A DNA stretch of 64,000 bases from assembly GCA_964016885.1 (NCBI GenBank), contig OZ024740.1:417942001-418006000 (forward strand), read 5' to 3'. The notes beneath the pieces are model-generated. The model saw only the letters and a program-made list of their open reading frames with translations. It searched no databases and was not told the origin of the DNA. Position numbers and translations under genes: made by a program. Shown one piece after another: positions 40,586 through 53,500 of the stretch. This DNA comes from Eledone cirrhosa. Taxonomy: Eukaryota. The stretch's first letter is position 1. Every line of letters begins with the position of its first letter.

Positions 40586-40658
40586 TAATCAGGGTGGGAA
40601 TCGAACCCACGACCTTCGGATTGCCGGTCCGCTGCTCTATCGACTGAGCTACCTGACC
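40586..40658 (-). tRNA. tRNA-like gene or pseudogene (73 nt, nominal anticodon GGC)
   Basis: GGTCAGG TA GCTC AGTCGATA GAGC A GCGGA CCGGCAA TCCGA AGGTC GTGGG TTCGATT CCCAC CCTGATT A. Full cloverleaf with A and B boxes, followed by CTTTT. C replaces U33 and the anticodon stem has one mismatch. Confidence 0.7.
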
Positions 40659-40959
40659 ACAATTCACTATTGCACAATCTATCACTATTTTAATGTATTA
40701 GAAATTAGAAACAAACTAAGCGTTACTTATGTATGTAGTTCCTTACACTCTTTTGGTCCTCACTTATTTTTATGTAACTTTTTTTTCTACTGAACCAAAT
40801 TTCAATATTTTTATGTCAAAAAGTAGCTTATCTGTGGTCCTATGAAGTGCAAAAAACCGCATCCAATTCTATCAAAAATTGAATTAGTGACAAAGCTTTG
40901 AAGGTGTCGCGAGTGACCGAAATGGGACCTTAAGAATATTATACACCTACTACCGTAGG

Positions 40960-40985
40960 TGTATGATATATATATAGAGAGAGCG

Positions 40986-41017
<32 letters not shown>

Positions 41018-41305
41018 ATATATATGTGTGTGTATGTATGTGTGTGTGTATGTATGTATGTGTGTATGTGTGTATGTATATGTGTGTATATATATGTATG
41101 TATGTGTATGTATGTATGTATATATGTATGTATATGTATATATATATGTATATATATATATATATATATATTTATTATATATGTATGTGTGTGTATGTGT
41201 GTATATATATCTTTATATATGTGTATGTGTATGTATGTGTAGGTGTGTGTGTGTGACTATATATGTATGTGTGTATATGTGTATGTATGTATATGTATGT
41301 GTGTG

Positions 41306-41374
<69 letters not shown>

Positions 41375-41686
41375 GTATATGTATCTCTTTTTATATGTGT
41401 ATATATGTATATGTATATACCTTTTTCTTTGTATGTCTGAGTTGTGTGAGAGTGTAGTGGTGTTTGTATGTATATACGCATATATGGATGCGTATGTATT
41501 TGTATATATGCGTATATGTAAGTGCGTATGTGTGTGTGAATATATATCTATGTCTATGTATGAGTATGTATGTGTGTGTATGTATGTGTGTGTGTATGTA
41601 TGTATGTGTGTATGTGTGTATGTATATGTGTGTATATATATGTATGTATGTGTATGTATGTATGTATATATGCATGTATATGTATA

Positions 41687-41717
<31 letters not shown>

Positions 41718-41849
41718 TTATTATATATGTGTGTGTGTGTATGTGTGTATATATATCTTTATATATGTGTATGTGTATGTATGTGTAGGTGTGTGTGTGT
41801 GACTATATATGTATGTGTGTATATGTGTATGTATGTGTATGCATGTGTA

Positions 41850-41906
<57 letters not shown>

Positions 41907-41913
41907 GTATGTA

Positions 41914-41946
<33 letters not shown>

Positions 41947-42063
41947 ATATATTTATCTATCTATATATATTTATATGTGGGTATGTATGTGTATGTGTGT
42001 ATATATATGAGTGTATTTTTATATATATATATATATGTATGTAGATGTGACTGTATATATATG

Positions 42064-42115
<52 letters not shown>

Positions 42116-42214
42116 TATATATATGTATATGTGTGTATATGTATGAGTGTGTATATATATACGAGTGTTGTGAGTGTATATATATATATATATATATGTG
42201 TGTATATGTATATA

Positions 42215-42263
<49 letters not shown>

Positions 42264-42315
42264 GTGTGTATATATATATATATGTATGTATGCGTGTATG
42301 TGTATATGTGTGTAA

Positions 42316-42403
<88 letters not shown>

Positions 42404-42818
42404 TTATGTATGTATGTGTCTATGTATTTATATGTGTATATGTATGTGTCTCTATATGTATGCGTCTGTGTATGTGTATGTGTATTTATATGCTATGTGT
42501 ATGTATATGTATGTATATGTATGTGTTTTTATATATATGTGTATGTATATGTATGTATATGTATGTGTGTGTATGCGTGTGTATTTATTTATATGTCTAT
42601 ATGTATGTATATCGATGTATACTTTATATTTTGCTTGTTTGTATATATATATGTGTGTGTGTATGTATATATGTGTGTGTATATATATATATGTGTGTGT
42701 ATATATATGTGTGTATATATGTGTATATGTGTGTGTATATATATATGTATGTGTGTATATATGTGTATATATATATGTATATGTTTATATATGTGTGTGT
42801 GTGTGTGTTGTATGTGTA

Positions 42819-42860
<42 letters not shown>
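40960..42860. repeat. Large compound (TA)n/(TG)n/(TATG)n microsatellite field with an internal ~550-bp duplication
   Basis: Low-complexity sequence. The block containing TAGGTGTGTGTGTGTGACTATAT occurs at ~41240 and ~41786. Confidence 0.95.
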
Positions 42861-42862
<2 letters not shown>

Positions 42863-43467
42863 CTTGATATATTTCTTTTTTCTTTTTTCTTTTTCTTTTC
42901 TTTTTATTTCTAAGTTTATAGATACATCTATAAATAAGCAGTCTGCCGAAACCGTTGAATACTGACCTCTCCCCCCCCCTCCCACCTAATTTCTGTATCT
43001 TGATCTAAATGTGTGTAGCAGTGTTTATGTGCGTGCATTAATGTCCATATGCTTATGATAATACTATATGCACATATATATGTGTGTGGGGGTGCGTGTG
43101 TGTATGTATGTTCGTAATTATGTGCATGTTTATGCATATACGCGCGTGTGTGTGTGAGTGTACGAATATGTGTGTGTATATGAATGTGTGTATACATTTA
43201 TTTCATATTTATGTGTCTATACGCATTTTATCTGTGGATTATAAACTTACAGAGACATTAGCCTTGAATTTTTGTATTTGTATACATCTTTTTGGCATGC
43301 GTATGCATGTGAGCATATATCTTTATATAAATATGTGTACGAAGTTAATTACATGTATATACACACACCAAACTGCATAAAATTTTTTGTATTTTCATTG
43401 GTCAATTTGAACTCTGTTCCCAAACGGACCTGAAATTTTGAATTGTTGTTATTATCAATAAATATAT

Positions 43468-43622
43468 TTCATTATTTCTGAAGACGGCATATATGTGTAT
43501 TTGGTATGTATATTTAATCTTGATAGTTTGTATAATTTTGTATAATTTTGTACATAGATCTGTTGAATATGCATGCCAATTCTAACACATATATATCCTA
43601 GAAACGATCGTTAAATAATGAA
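43468..43622 (+). ncRNA. Type I hammerhead ribozyme with long stem II insertion (HHR-5)
   Basis: Perfect 10-bp stem I TTCATTATTT/AAATAATGAA; CTGAAGA at 43478; stem II base ATATATGTGT/ACACATATAT; GAAA at 43601; C-GATC-G palindromic stem III; GUU triplet. Confidence 0.82.
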
Positions 43623-43822
43623 CTTTTTTTGTTTAATATAAGGAACTGTTTCATTGTTTTATTCATTATTTTTTTAATATTTTATCTTGACTCTGTATTC
43701 CGTTTATCTTTCACCGAAAGTGATTTTTCATTGCATCTCTTCTTTCCATGATATCCGGACTACATTGAGTTCTTCATACGGATTGGACACTACCGTAAAC
43801 TCTTGGTAGATTTATCTACATA

Positions 43823-43873
<51 letters not shown>

Positions 43874-43920
43874 AGCCAAGACGTACAGAACAAAAGGTAG
43901 ATATTCACATAGAGAGGGGG

Positions 43921-43992
<72 letters not shown>
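43823..43992. repeat. (TA)n and (GA)n microsatellites
   Basis: Direct inspection. Confidence 0.9.
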
Positions 43993-43995
<3 letters not shown>

Positions 43996-45292
43996 AGTAG
44001 ACTGAGAGACAAGTAAATAAATACGTCTCTTTATATTTATTTAGAAAACAGAAATATGTCTTCTAATATATTTGAATTTTACCTCCTCTCATTCTCTAGT
44101 TATCTCCCCTTTCTCTTTCTTCTACCCATTCCCCTCTCTTCTTTTCCTTTTCACACTCCCACTCTCTTCCCCTCTCCCTCCCTTCTTTTTCATTCTCTAG
44201 TTATCCCCCTCTCTCTCTCCCACCCATTCTCTCTTCTTTTCCTTCTCTCTCTCCCACCATCTCTCACTCTTTCCGTTTTCTACATTGTCTCCCTCCCTCT
44301 TTCCGTCTGCTTCACTCTCCATCTCTCTCTTTCTCCCCCTCCGACTTCTTCCCTCCCTCTCTACTTCTTCTTCACTCTCCATCTCTCTCCTTCTCCGACT
44401 TCTTCCCTCCCTCTCCATCTCTTCTTCACTCTCCATCTCTCTCCTTCCCCCCTCCGACTTCTTCCCTCCCCTCCGCCTTCTTCACTCTCCCCTTCCCTCT
44501 TCGTTACTCTCTTCATTTCTATCTATCTATCTATCTATATTTCTCTATTATCTATTATTATCAATTGCAATATATATATATATTTTTTTTTTCATTTTAA
44601 AAAATCAGTCATTTTATGACATTGATATAATTTTTAAAAAAATATTATTGTATCAATATCTACTGAAAATCCATTAGTTGCCGGTTTTCCTTTCTACTAA
44701 TACTTTCACTTGAAAATGTGAATGCTTGCAGTCTTAGAAATAAAATATTTGCTATCTCGAACTCATTGGAAATATGCTTTGAAAAAAAAAAAAGAAGAAA
44801 ACAGAAAGAAAACAAAGAAAAAATAGAAAGAAGAAACAGAAAGAAAAAACAGAAAGAAAACAGAAAGAAAAAAAAGAGAAAAAATGAAAGAAAAAAAGAA
44901 AGAAGGAAAGAAAGAAAAACGAAAGGAAAACGAAAGAAAAACGTAAGAAAAACGAAAGAAAAATCGAAAGAAAAACGAAAGAAAAATGAAAGAAAAAAAA
45001 GAACTGACGCCGTCATTTAGATATCGCAGAGTGCAGTTGTATACAATTGCATAACGACTGTTGTGAAAAGCAGAATTTAAGGATTTATTTATCCATAAGA
45101 ACCCCCCCCCCCCCTCCCAGCAAATAATAATAAAAATAATAATGAAAATAACAACAACAATATTATATGTTGTATATGTTTTGGGTGAATGTACTTGCAT
45201 TACTAGATCTTTTCCAACTTCACCTTGCAAGTCCAACAATATGGCGCCATAGTTTCTCTCCTAGAAATTGATCTTCATTTGAAAAGTTCTCC

Positions 45293-45361
45293 GTGTTGTT
45301 GTTGTTGTTGCTGTTGCTGTTGTTGTTGTTGTTGCTGCTGCTGCTGCTGTTGTTGTTGTTG

Positions 45362-45392
<31 letters not shown>

Positions 45393-45435
45393 TGTTGTTG
45401 TTGTTGTTGTTGCTATTGTTGTTGTTGTTGTTGTG
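45293..45435. repeat. Compound (TGT)n/(TGC)n trinucleotide repeat
   Basis: About 47 in-phase triplets. Confidence 0.95.
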
Positions 45436-45619
45436 TTTAAGTGAAAGCCAGAGGAAGTTGATTAATAGAGAAGATAAAGAGAAAGACCGATAAGAGAGGA
45501 AATAGATAAGAGTAGAGATGGTGTAATATTGAGTTTAGGTGCTCCGATTACAAGAAGAAGAAGAAGACATACTGACAATAGGCAGAGTTAATGAGGATGT
45601 AAGACTGAGAGCTGGATAG

Positions 45620-46430
45620 GGAGAGACAGAGAGAGGGGGGTGAGGAAGAGAGGGTGTATGAGGGAGAGGGAGGGGGAGGGTGTGAGAGGAAGAGAGAGTG
45701 TGTGAGGGAGAGGGTGTATGAGGGAGAGACAGAGGGAGAGGGTGTATGAGTGAGAGACAGAGAGAGGGGAGTGAGGAAGAGAGAGTGTATGAGGGAGAGA
45801 CAGAGGGAGGGTGTGAGAGGAAGAGAGAGTGTGTGAGGGAGAGGGTGTATGAGGGAGATACAGAGGGAGGGTGTGAGGGAGAGACAGAGGGGGGGGGGTG
45901 AGGAAGAGACAGAGGGAGGGTGTGAGAGGAAGAGAGAGTGTGTGAGGGAGAGGGTGTATGAGGGAGAGACAGAGGGAGGGTGTGAGAGGAAGAGAGGGTG
46001 TGTGAGGGAGAGGGTGAATGAGGGAGAGACAGAGGGAGGGTGTGAGAGGAAGAGAGAGTGTGTGAGGGAGAGGGTGTATGAGGGAGAGACAGAGGGAGGG
46101 TGTGAGGAAGAGAGGGTGTATGAGGGGGAGACAGGGGAGGGTGTGAGAGGGAGAGAGAGTGTGTGAGGAAGAGGGTGTATGAGGGAGAGACAGAGGGAGG
46201 GTGTGAGGGAGAGGGTGTATGAGGAAGAGACAGAGGGAGGGTGTGAGAGGAAGAGAGAGGGTGTGCGGGAGAGGTTGTATGAGGGAGAGACAGAGGGAGG
46301 GTGTGAGAGGAAGAGAGAGTGTGTGAGGAAGAGGGTGTATGAGGGAGAGACAGAGGGAAGGTGTGAGAGGAAGAAAGGGTGTGTGAGGGAGAGACATGGG
46401 AGGGTGTGAGAGGGAGAGGGAGAGAGGGTG
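45620..46430. repeat. G/A-rich minisatellite, ~60-bp composite unit
   Basis: Repeating GTGTATGAGGGAGAGACAGAGGGAGGGTGTGAGAGGAAGAGAGAGTGTGTGAGGGAGAGG; lines 45901-46081 are in 60-bp register. Confidence 0.9.
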
Positions 46431-46769
46431 TTTGGGGGAGAGAGAGACGGGGAGAGGGTATATAAAGGAGAAAGGGAGGAGAGACAGAAGACGGTGTATG
46501 AGGGAAAGAGGGAGAGACAGAGAGTGGGTGTATGAGGGAGAGATAGAGAGCATGTATAAGGGAGAGAGGAAGAGATAGAGAGAGTGTATAAGGGAGAGAG
46601 GGAGAGATAGAGACAGAGATAGGGTGTGTGAAAGGAGAGACAGAGAGAAAGAGAGGAGAGAGAGAGGGGAGGTGTATGAAGGAGAGAGGGAAAGATAGAA
46701 ACAGAGAGAGAAAAGGAAAGCGAAAGGGAGACATTGTGGGAGAGAGAAAGGGAGACACGGTGGGAGAGA

Positions 46770-46909
46770 GAGAGAGACTGCTAGAAAGAGAGATCACGAG
46801 AGAGACTGCTGGAAAGAGAGAGATAAGAGAGAGAGACTGCTGGAAAGAGAGATAAGAGAGAGAGACTGCTGGAAAGAGAGAGACAAGAGAGAGATAAAAA
46901 GAGAGATAA

Positions 46910-46986
<77 letters not shown>

Positions 46987-47203
46987 CTGGAAAGAGAGAG
47001 ACAAGAGAGAGATAAGAAAGAGAGATAAGTGAGAGAGAGACTGCTGGAAAGAGAGAGACAAGAGAGAGATAAGAGAAGGAGATAAGAGAGAGAGAGACTG
47101 CTGGAAAGAGAGAGACAAGAGATAGATAAGAGAGAGAGAGAGACTGCTGGAGAGAGAGAGACTGCTGGAAAGAGAGAGACAAGAGAGAGATAAAAAGAGA
47201 GAT

Positions 47204-47267
<64 letters not shown>

Positions 47268-47482
47268 CTGGAAAGAGAGAGACAAGAGAGAGATAAGAAA
47301 GAGAGATAAGTGAGAGAGAGACTGCTGGAAAGAGAGAGACAAGAGAGAGATAAGAGAAGGAGATAAGAGAGAGAGAGACTGCTGGAAAGAGAGAGACAAG
47401 AGATAGATAAGAGAGAGAGAGAGACTGCTGGAGAGAGAGAGACTGTTGGAAAGAGAGAGACAAGAGAGATACTGCTGGAAGA
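46770..47482. repeat. (GA)n-embedded GACTGCTGGA minisatellite with a ~281-bp higher-order duplication
   Basis: Recurrent GAGACTGCTGGAAAGAGAGAG. Identical translated blocks start at 47182 and 47463 on the minus strand. Confidence 0.88.
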
Positions 47483-47679
47483 GAGGCAACGAAGCGTATC
47501 TACAAATTGAATGATATTGACATAACGCTACCATTATATGCAGCTGCTGTAAAGTTATTTGTAAATATTAATAAAGATATCAAAAGTCAGGATTGGACTG
47601 ATAGAACTGGTAGCACTGGTAGAACTGGTAGAACTGGTAGAACTATTGGTGTAGCTGGGAAGCAGAGGAAAAGTTAGAT

Positions 47680-48445
47680 AAAGGAGGACAATAAAAGGGA
47701 GTTAGATAAAAGAGGACAATAGAAGGGTGTTAGATAAGAGAGGAAAATAGAAGGGAGTTAGATAAGAGAGGACAATAGAAGGGAGTTAGATAAGGGGGGG
47801 ACAATAGAAGGGAGTTAGATAAGGGAGGACAATAGAAGGGAGTTAGATAAGAGAGGACAATAGAAGGAGTATAGATAAGAGAGAACAATAGAAGGGAGTT
47901 AGATAAGAGAGGACAATAGAAGGGAGTTAGATAAGAGAGGACAATAGAAGGGAGTTAGATAAGAGAGGACAATAGAAGGGAGTTAGATAAGAGAGGACAA
48001 TAGAAGGAGTATAGATAAGAGAGAACAATAGAAGGGAGTTAGATAAGAGAGGACAATAGAAGGGAGTTAGATAAGAGAGGACAATAGAAGGGGGTTAGAT
48101 AAGAGAGAACAATAGAAGGGAGTTAGATAAGAGAGGACAATAGAAGGGAGTTAGATAAGAGAGGACAATAGAAGGGGGTTAGATAAGGGAGGACAATAGA
48201 AGGGGGTTAGATAACAGAGGACAATAGGTGTTAGATAACAGAAAAAGACGAGAGAAGGTAGATAACAAGGAAAGACTTGTTAGATAATAGAGAAAGACTT
48301 GTTAGATGACAGAGAGTTGTTAGATGACAGAGGGAGACTAGTTAGATAACAGAGAAAGACTTGTTAGATAACACAGAGACTTGTTAGATAACAGAGGAAG
48401 ACTTGTTAGATAACAGAGGAAGACTTGTTAGATGACAGAGAAAGA
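47680..48445. repeat. 28-bp minisatellite grading into a related 20-22-bp unit
   Basis: GTTAGATAAGAGAGGACAATAGAAGGGA repeated ~19 times, then GTTAGATAACAGAGGAAGACTT-type units from ~48230. Confidence 0.93.
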
Positions 48446-48454
48446 TAAGCCAAT

Positions 48455-48640
48455 GAAAAACTCTCGACGTGGGCGCTGAACCTGCTAGGAATAACAGCCA
48501 AAGCCTCCTCAAATAAGAAAAGACACATTGGACTCTGTAATCTTAGATATACTATGACAATATGTTCTTGGCTGTTATACCTTTCGTTGTAGGTATGATC
48601 GATCTGGCATGACGTGGACTAATCAATCACAACAATAATA
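48455..48640 (+). mobile_element. Degenerate SINE 3' body and tail
   Basis: ACCTGCTAGGAATAACAGCCAAA...GACACATTGGA...GATCGATCTGGCATGACGTGGACTAA followed by an (ACA)-type tail. Resembles octopus SINE 3' ends from memory; not verified by search. Confidence 0.5.
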
Positions 48641-48854
48641 ACCAGTACCACTACAACCACCAGAAGTAGGATCAGGTCAAGAAATCGATTTACTTGGAAA
48701 GTTTTAGAGTTTGTTATTGATTTCAAAATTCCTGGAAGAGTAGACATGATTATGATGAACACGCCTGTAAACCTCTTAATATCTTTGGTACCTAAATAGA
48801 ACAATTTATTAATGAGTAAAGTGGTGATGATGATGATCATTATTATCATCATGA

Positions 48855-49855
48855 TTAGGGCGGTGGATTGGCAGTATCGATAGAGGGTCGGATGCTATGC
48901 TTTGCAGCATAGAGTTACGGCCCTTTATGATCTGAAGGAGAGGACAATAGACCAGGGGATGTCCAAGGAGGAAATAACAACAAGGAGGAAGAGCACCCTT
49001 CATGAAAAATCCCTTTATAGTACCTTCTTTGAGAAAACTGAATTTAGAGACCCACAGATATGGAACTGGTTGAAAAGAGGAGACCTTAAAAAAGCTACAG
49101 AAGGAATGCTAATGGCTGCGCAAGAGCGTGCCCTCAAAACGAAGTGGATGAAACACCATATTTACAAGGAGGAGGCTAGCCCACTGTGTAGGATCTGTGG
49201 AGAGAGAGGAGACTGTGGCTCACATTGTATCCGAATGTAAACACCTAGCCCAGACTCACTATAAGGGCTGGAGACATGATGTGGTGGGCAGGGTGATCCA
49301 CTGGCACCTATGGAAAGTAAACAATTTACCACATTCTGAGAAGTGGTATGAGCATAAGCCAGAGTCGGTGATAGAAAACGATCAGATGAAGGTGCTGTGG
49401 GATTTTAGGATACAGACGGACAAGAAACTGGAACACAATAGACCTGACCTGGTAGTTGTGGACAAGGAAAAAAGATCGTGCCTGATTGTGGATGTAGCCT
49501 GCCTATTCGACACGAGAGTGCAAGAAAAGGAGAGGGAGAAAATTAACCGATACCAGGACTTAAAGTGGGAGGTAAAAAGGATTTGGAACTGCCATGAAGT
49601 CAAAGTGGTTCCGGTTGTCATAGGCGCACTAGGTACTATCTCAAAGAGTTTCCAAGGATGGTTAAAGAAAATTAGTCCAGCCCCGCTTTTTGGAACACTT
49701 CAAAAGGCATGCTTGCTGGGAACAACAAGAACCCTCCGATACGTCCTTAATATCTGAGGCTGCAGGTAGTGGCTTGATATTCATTTCAACAAACTTTCCA
49801 GTTAAATAACATCAATTACTGAAACTCAAAGAACAATAATAATAATAATAATAAT
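48855..49855 (+). mobile_element. 5'-truncated R4/Dong-clade non-LTR retrotransposon (CCHC knuckle + restriction-like endonuclease), frameshifted
   Basis: TEGMLMAAQERAL, CRICG..ETVAHIVSEC, RHD, WYEHKPESVIEN, LWDFRIQTD, NRPDLVVVDK...IVDVAC, EK...K..RYQDL, VPVVIGALG. Frameshift near 49200; stop at 49757; short 3' UTR; (AAT)7 tail at 49835-49855. Confidence 0.9.
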
Positions 49856-50142
49856 GCTTTCTTTATTAACCACAAGGGTTTACACAAAGTAAGACATTAA
49901 GGACAGTACAGGACAATACAGGACAATACGGGACAATACAGGACGATACAAATGGGCATTTCTGCGTGTAAAAAACCCCAGAAACCGAGGATGTAACAAA
50001 AAAAGAAACAATGAAATATTCCCCAATGAGGGGGGGGGGGGGAGAGATTTCCGAGGGACATTCGTGGAGAAAGCCCATTTAAAAAGCCACGGTGACCCTG
50101 ACCACCAGGGCAAGTGCCCTCTCCCAGTTTTCCACCTTCAAT

Positions 50143-53100
50143 TTACAGGCACATATTCAGAGTAGGCCCATTCACACAGGCCATTCTTGCCTCTCTCACC
50201 CATCTTTCAACAAAATGCTGGGAAGAGAGCACTTGCCTCTCTACCCTGATTTTCCTTTTCAAATGAAATTTGAAAAAGTTAATCAGGGCATTACCGAAGA
50301 GGTAAGTGCTCGTCTTCAGCCCTTTCAAACGCGTCCACCATACTATCTCTTTCGCAATGGCCACCTGACAGATAAAAAATGCCTGCCCTTCCCGGCTAAA
50401 GGAAGAGGGTGGGGAAATCCTCACGATGGACTCAGCTGATAGCCGGATCCGTCCTACACGCGACAGCAGGTGTTCGACATAAACCCACAAGTCAGCAATG
50501 CTCAGACACTGGACGAGTGCGTGCAGGACGGTTTCGTCGCCCTGCGCGTATCTCGGACATGCCGGTCTGACGACACCTCTATGCATGTATAGTTAATCCC
50601 GAACTGGCAAAGCTCCTCAATAGCACTGCCAGGCCAGGGATTTCTGGAAGTTGTCCATAGGCCTCGGCCCCAAAGTTCTTCCGAAGAGATTGGCTAGTTG
50701 ATTTTCGTCGACGCCTAGAGTTTCCCCAAGTACGCCGTAGCTCTTCCCCTCCACTAATCCTCTATAGAACGCCAAGGTGGAGTTTCCACCGATCACATTG
50801 CCCGACTGGTCGAGGGCTGTGAGCGCCTGAAGACATTCCAGTCTCCAAGCGCTCCCTCTCGGTCTTCGCTTGACCCAGGACTGCAGCTCCGTCAAGGAGA
50901 CGAGCTGGGGAAAGACGCGTCTAGCAAACGGCGACCACACTTAATCACCGTCGAGGAAGAGGTGGAGATGTCGTAGCCTGGGCGCGTGTCTGCGCATCAT
51001 CAGCCACGGCATTCCCAGCCCTCCACGTAGCGGGTGTTGACAGCAGATGGACCGCCTGACCATCGGAGCGCGTCCCTTCCACAAAAAGCGAAAGAGAAAA
51101 CGCTCCAGCGCAGTCAGGCGAGGCTTAGGACAAGGCACGACGGTCAGGCGGTAGTAGATGACGGACGCGATGTACGCATTCGCCACCTCCGCTCGACCTT
51201 TCAGGGATAGATTCCTCTCTGCCCATTTCTGGGTGAGAGAAGCCACCCTTCTTGTCACCTCGTCCCAGTTTTTGTCCGTCTGGAGGTCTGGATCGAACCA
51301 GACCCCTAGCATTCTAACCGGTCCGTCCGTCCAGCGCTCGACGACGCTGTTGGATGGCATGGACCTGTCTCTCCAGGTGCCGAGCTGCAGGCCCACCGAC
51401 TTTTCCTGGTTGATCATTGCTCCTGTCACCGCTTCGTATTCTCTTAGTGTAGTGCCGATCGCCTCGATGTGTTTGGCGTACGACACCACTACGGTGATAT
51501 GCTGACACGAATGTTCCGCATCCTAGTTCGCGCGGGACCCCCTCAACGTCTCCAGTTTGTGCAGTAATGGCTCGAGAGTCAATACGTACAAGAGGGACGA
51601 AAGGGGACATCCTTGGCGGACCGAACGCATGATGTTGAACGGTTCCGAAAGGTGACCGTTCACTCTCACCACAGAGCAGATGTCGCTGTGCATGGCAGCG
51701 ATCCAGCCTCTGAGGACAGGCCCAAAGCCAGCCCTCAGGACTGTAGCCAGATAACGATGGTCGACTCTATCGAAAGCTTTTGACTGATCTAAATTGATCA
51801 AGGACCCACCCGTGCCAGGTTCCCTAGCTACCCTCTCCATGAGGTATCGCATGAGGTGGAGGTTGTCGTGGATAGATCTGTCTGGAATGGTTCACGTCTG
51901 CGCCTCTCCCACCAGACCACCAACGACAAGCGCCAACCTCTTTGCTAGCACCTTGGCCAAAATCTTAAACTCTGTGTTTAGCAGAGTTATGGGCCTGAAA
52001 TTATCTATGTTATCCCCCTTGTTCGGATCCTTTCTCAGCAGCGCCACCCCTCCTCGGCTCACAGAGCTGGGAATTCTCCCGTTTTGTTGCCAGTTGCAGT
52101 AGACTTCCGCCAAGAGGCCTCCGAACAAGTCTGGCATCTGTACGTAAAGTTCATAGGGCAGACCATCCAAGCCAGGCGATTTACCCCTTGTGCAGCCAGT
52201 CATTGCCTCTCGTACTTCAGCGGCTGTTATCGGCTTTTCGCAACTCTCCGCCTCAGTGGCCGAGAGCCGCGGCAGTCCGTCGAGGTAGACACTAAAGTCC
52301 ATCCCTCTACCCGGCCCGCCGCTTCCCCCGTACAGCTGAGCGAAGTGTCGCTGAAAAGCTTCACACATTTGCCCGTGATCGAGTATCATGCGCCCAAAGA
52401 CCGGATCGTGGCTTTGTTGCCACGACGCGCCATTGAACGGCTTTCGGTCCCTCGTGTCTGAGAGCACGCACCCTAGCTCTGACAACGCAGCCTTCGTGTT
52501 TTGCATTGAAGAATTGGTCAAGAGCCAATTTCCCCGCAAGTACGTCGGTCGCGATGCCTTTACTAAGCGCCTCGTCTAATTTTCTAAATATTTCTCCCTC
52601 TGCTCTATTTCCCTCTATTGCTAAAGCCTTACTAAACCTAATGGACTCTATTCTAATCGCTCTTTTCAGAGCAAACCACCATTTGTTGTTGGCGATGGCC
52701 CCCGTCAACGCCCGCTTAACTAGTTCGCTAATCCGGTCTCTGTAGGCCTTGCGCGTTTAGCTTCCAGTAACCAGGTCCCTGTCTATGAAGCCTATCTAAG
52801 TCAACCTCACAGATCACGAATTTGTGGTCCGTGTAGTCGACTATTTTGAAATGTGGACAGCCTATGCTAGACCTATCTATTTCCCTACAAAATACCCTAT
52901 CTAGATATGATCTGGTTGACCCGATGCGGTTTGTTTATGTCCACATTGGCACATTCGGGAAATCCAGACGGTACCTGTCAGACAGTTGAAACCGTCTGAG
53001 CAGGTTTGCGAGGCTTTTACACCCTCCTCCCCTATCCGCCAATCCCACACAGTCCCAACGTGCATCTAAGATCCCGTTCCAGTCGCCCACTAACACTAAA

Positions 53101-53500
53101 GAGCGGTACAATCCAAGAAAGGTCTCCAGACGCCAGAAGAAATCAGGCTGCCCTGAAAGCTTGCCCGTCTCCGCTGGTCACTTCCAGCACCACCAACTTA
53201 CCTTCTGGGTCCAGGAAGATGGTCCGTATTGCGAGATCCAAACCTCTCCGAAAAAGCACAGCAACTCCCCCCCCTCCCCCCCGGTCCAGGACGGTTGGGA
53301 GATGCGTACACATCGTAGCCGCCGAAGATTGGTGCGAAGGCTCGTGCTTCGGAGATTCTGGTTTCGCTGATGGCCACCACATCTATGTTTAGTGACCTGA
53401 GATCGTTGAGCAGGTGGCCCTGCTTCCATGACGACCCCAGGCCACGCGCATTTATTGCCTATTCTGAGTAAGGTGATGTTGAAAAGGAGTGGAAAGACCA
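50143..53500 (-). pseudogene. Tx1/L1 ORF2 (APE-RT-zinc knuckle), fragmented
   Basis: Colinear ORF pieces 53198-53380, 53143-53382, 52361-52708, 51892-52539, 51523-51852, 50941-51489, 50617-50940 and 50143-50586. Confidence 0.9.

Noticed and set aside
40740-40933. Possible Kolobok-like transposon end (...GAAATGGGACC|TTAA)
   Set aside because: Only one putative terminus and no partner TIR found; insufficient support.
44718-45020. Lys/Arg/Glu-rich 100-aa ORF
   Set aside because: A-rich low-complexity tract (GAAA-type repeats) with no domain signal.
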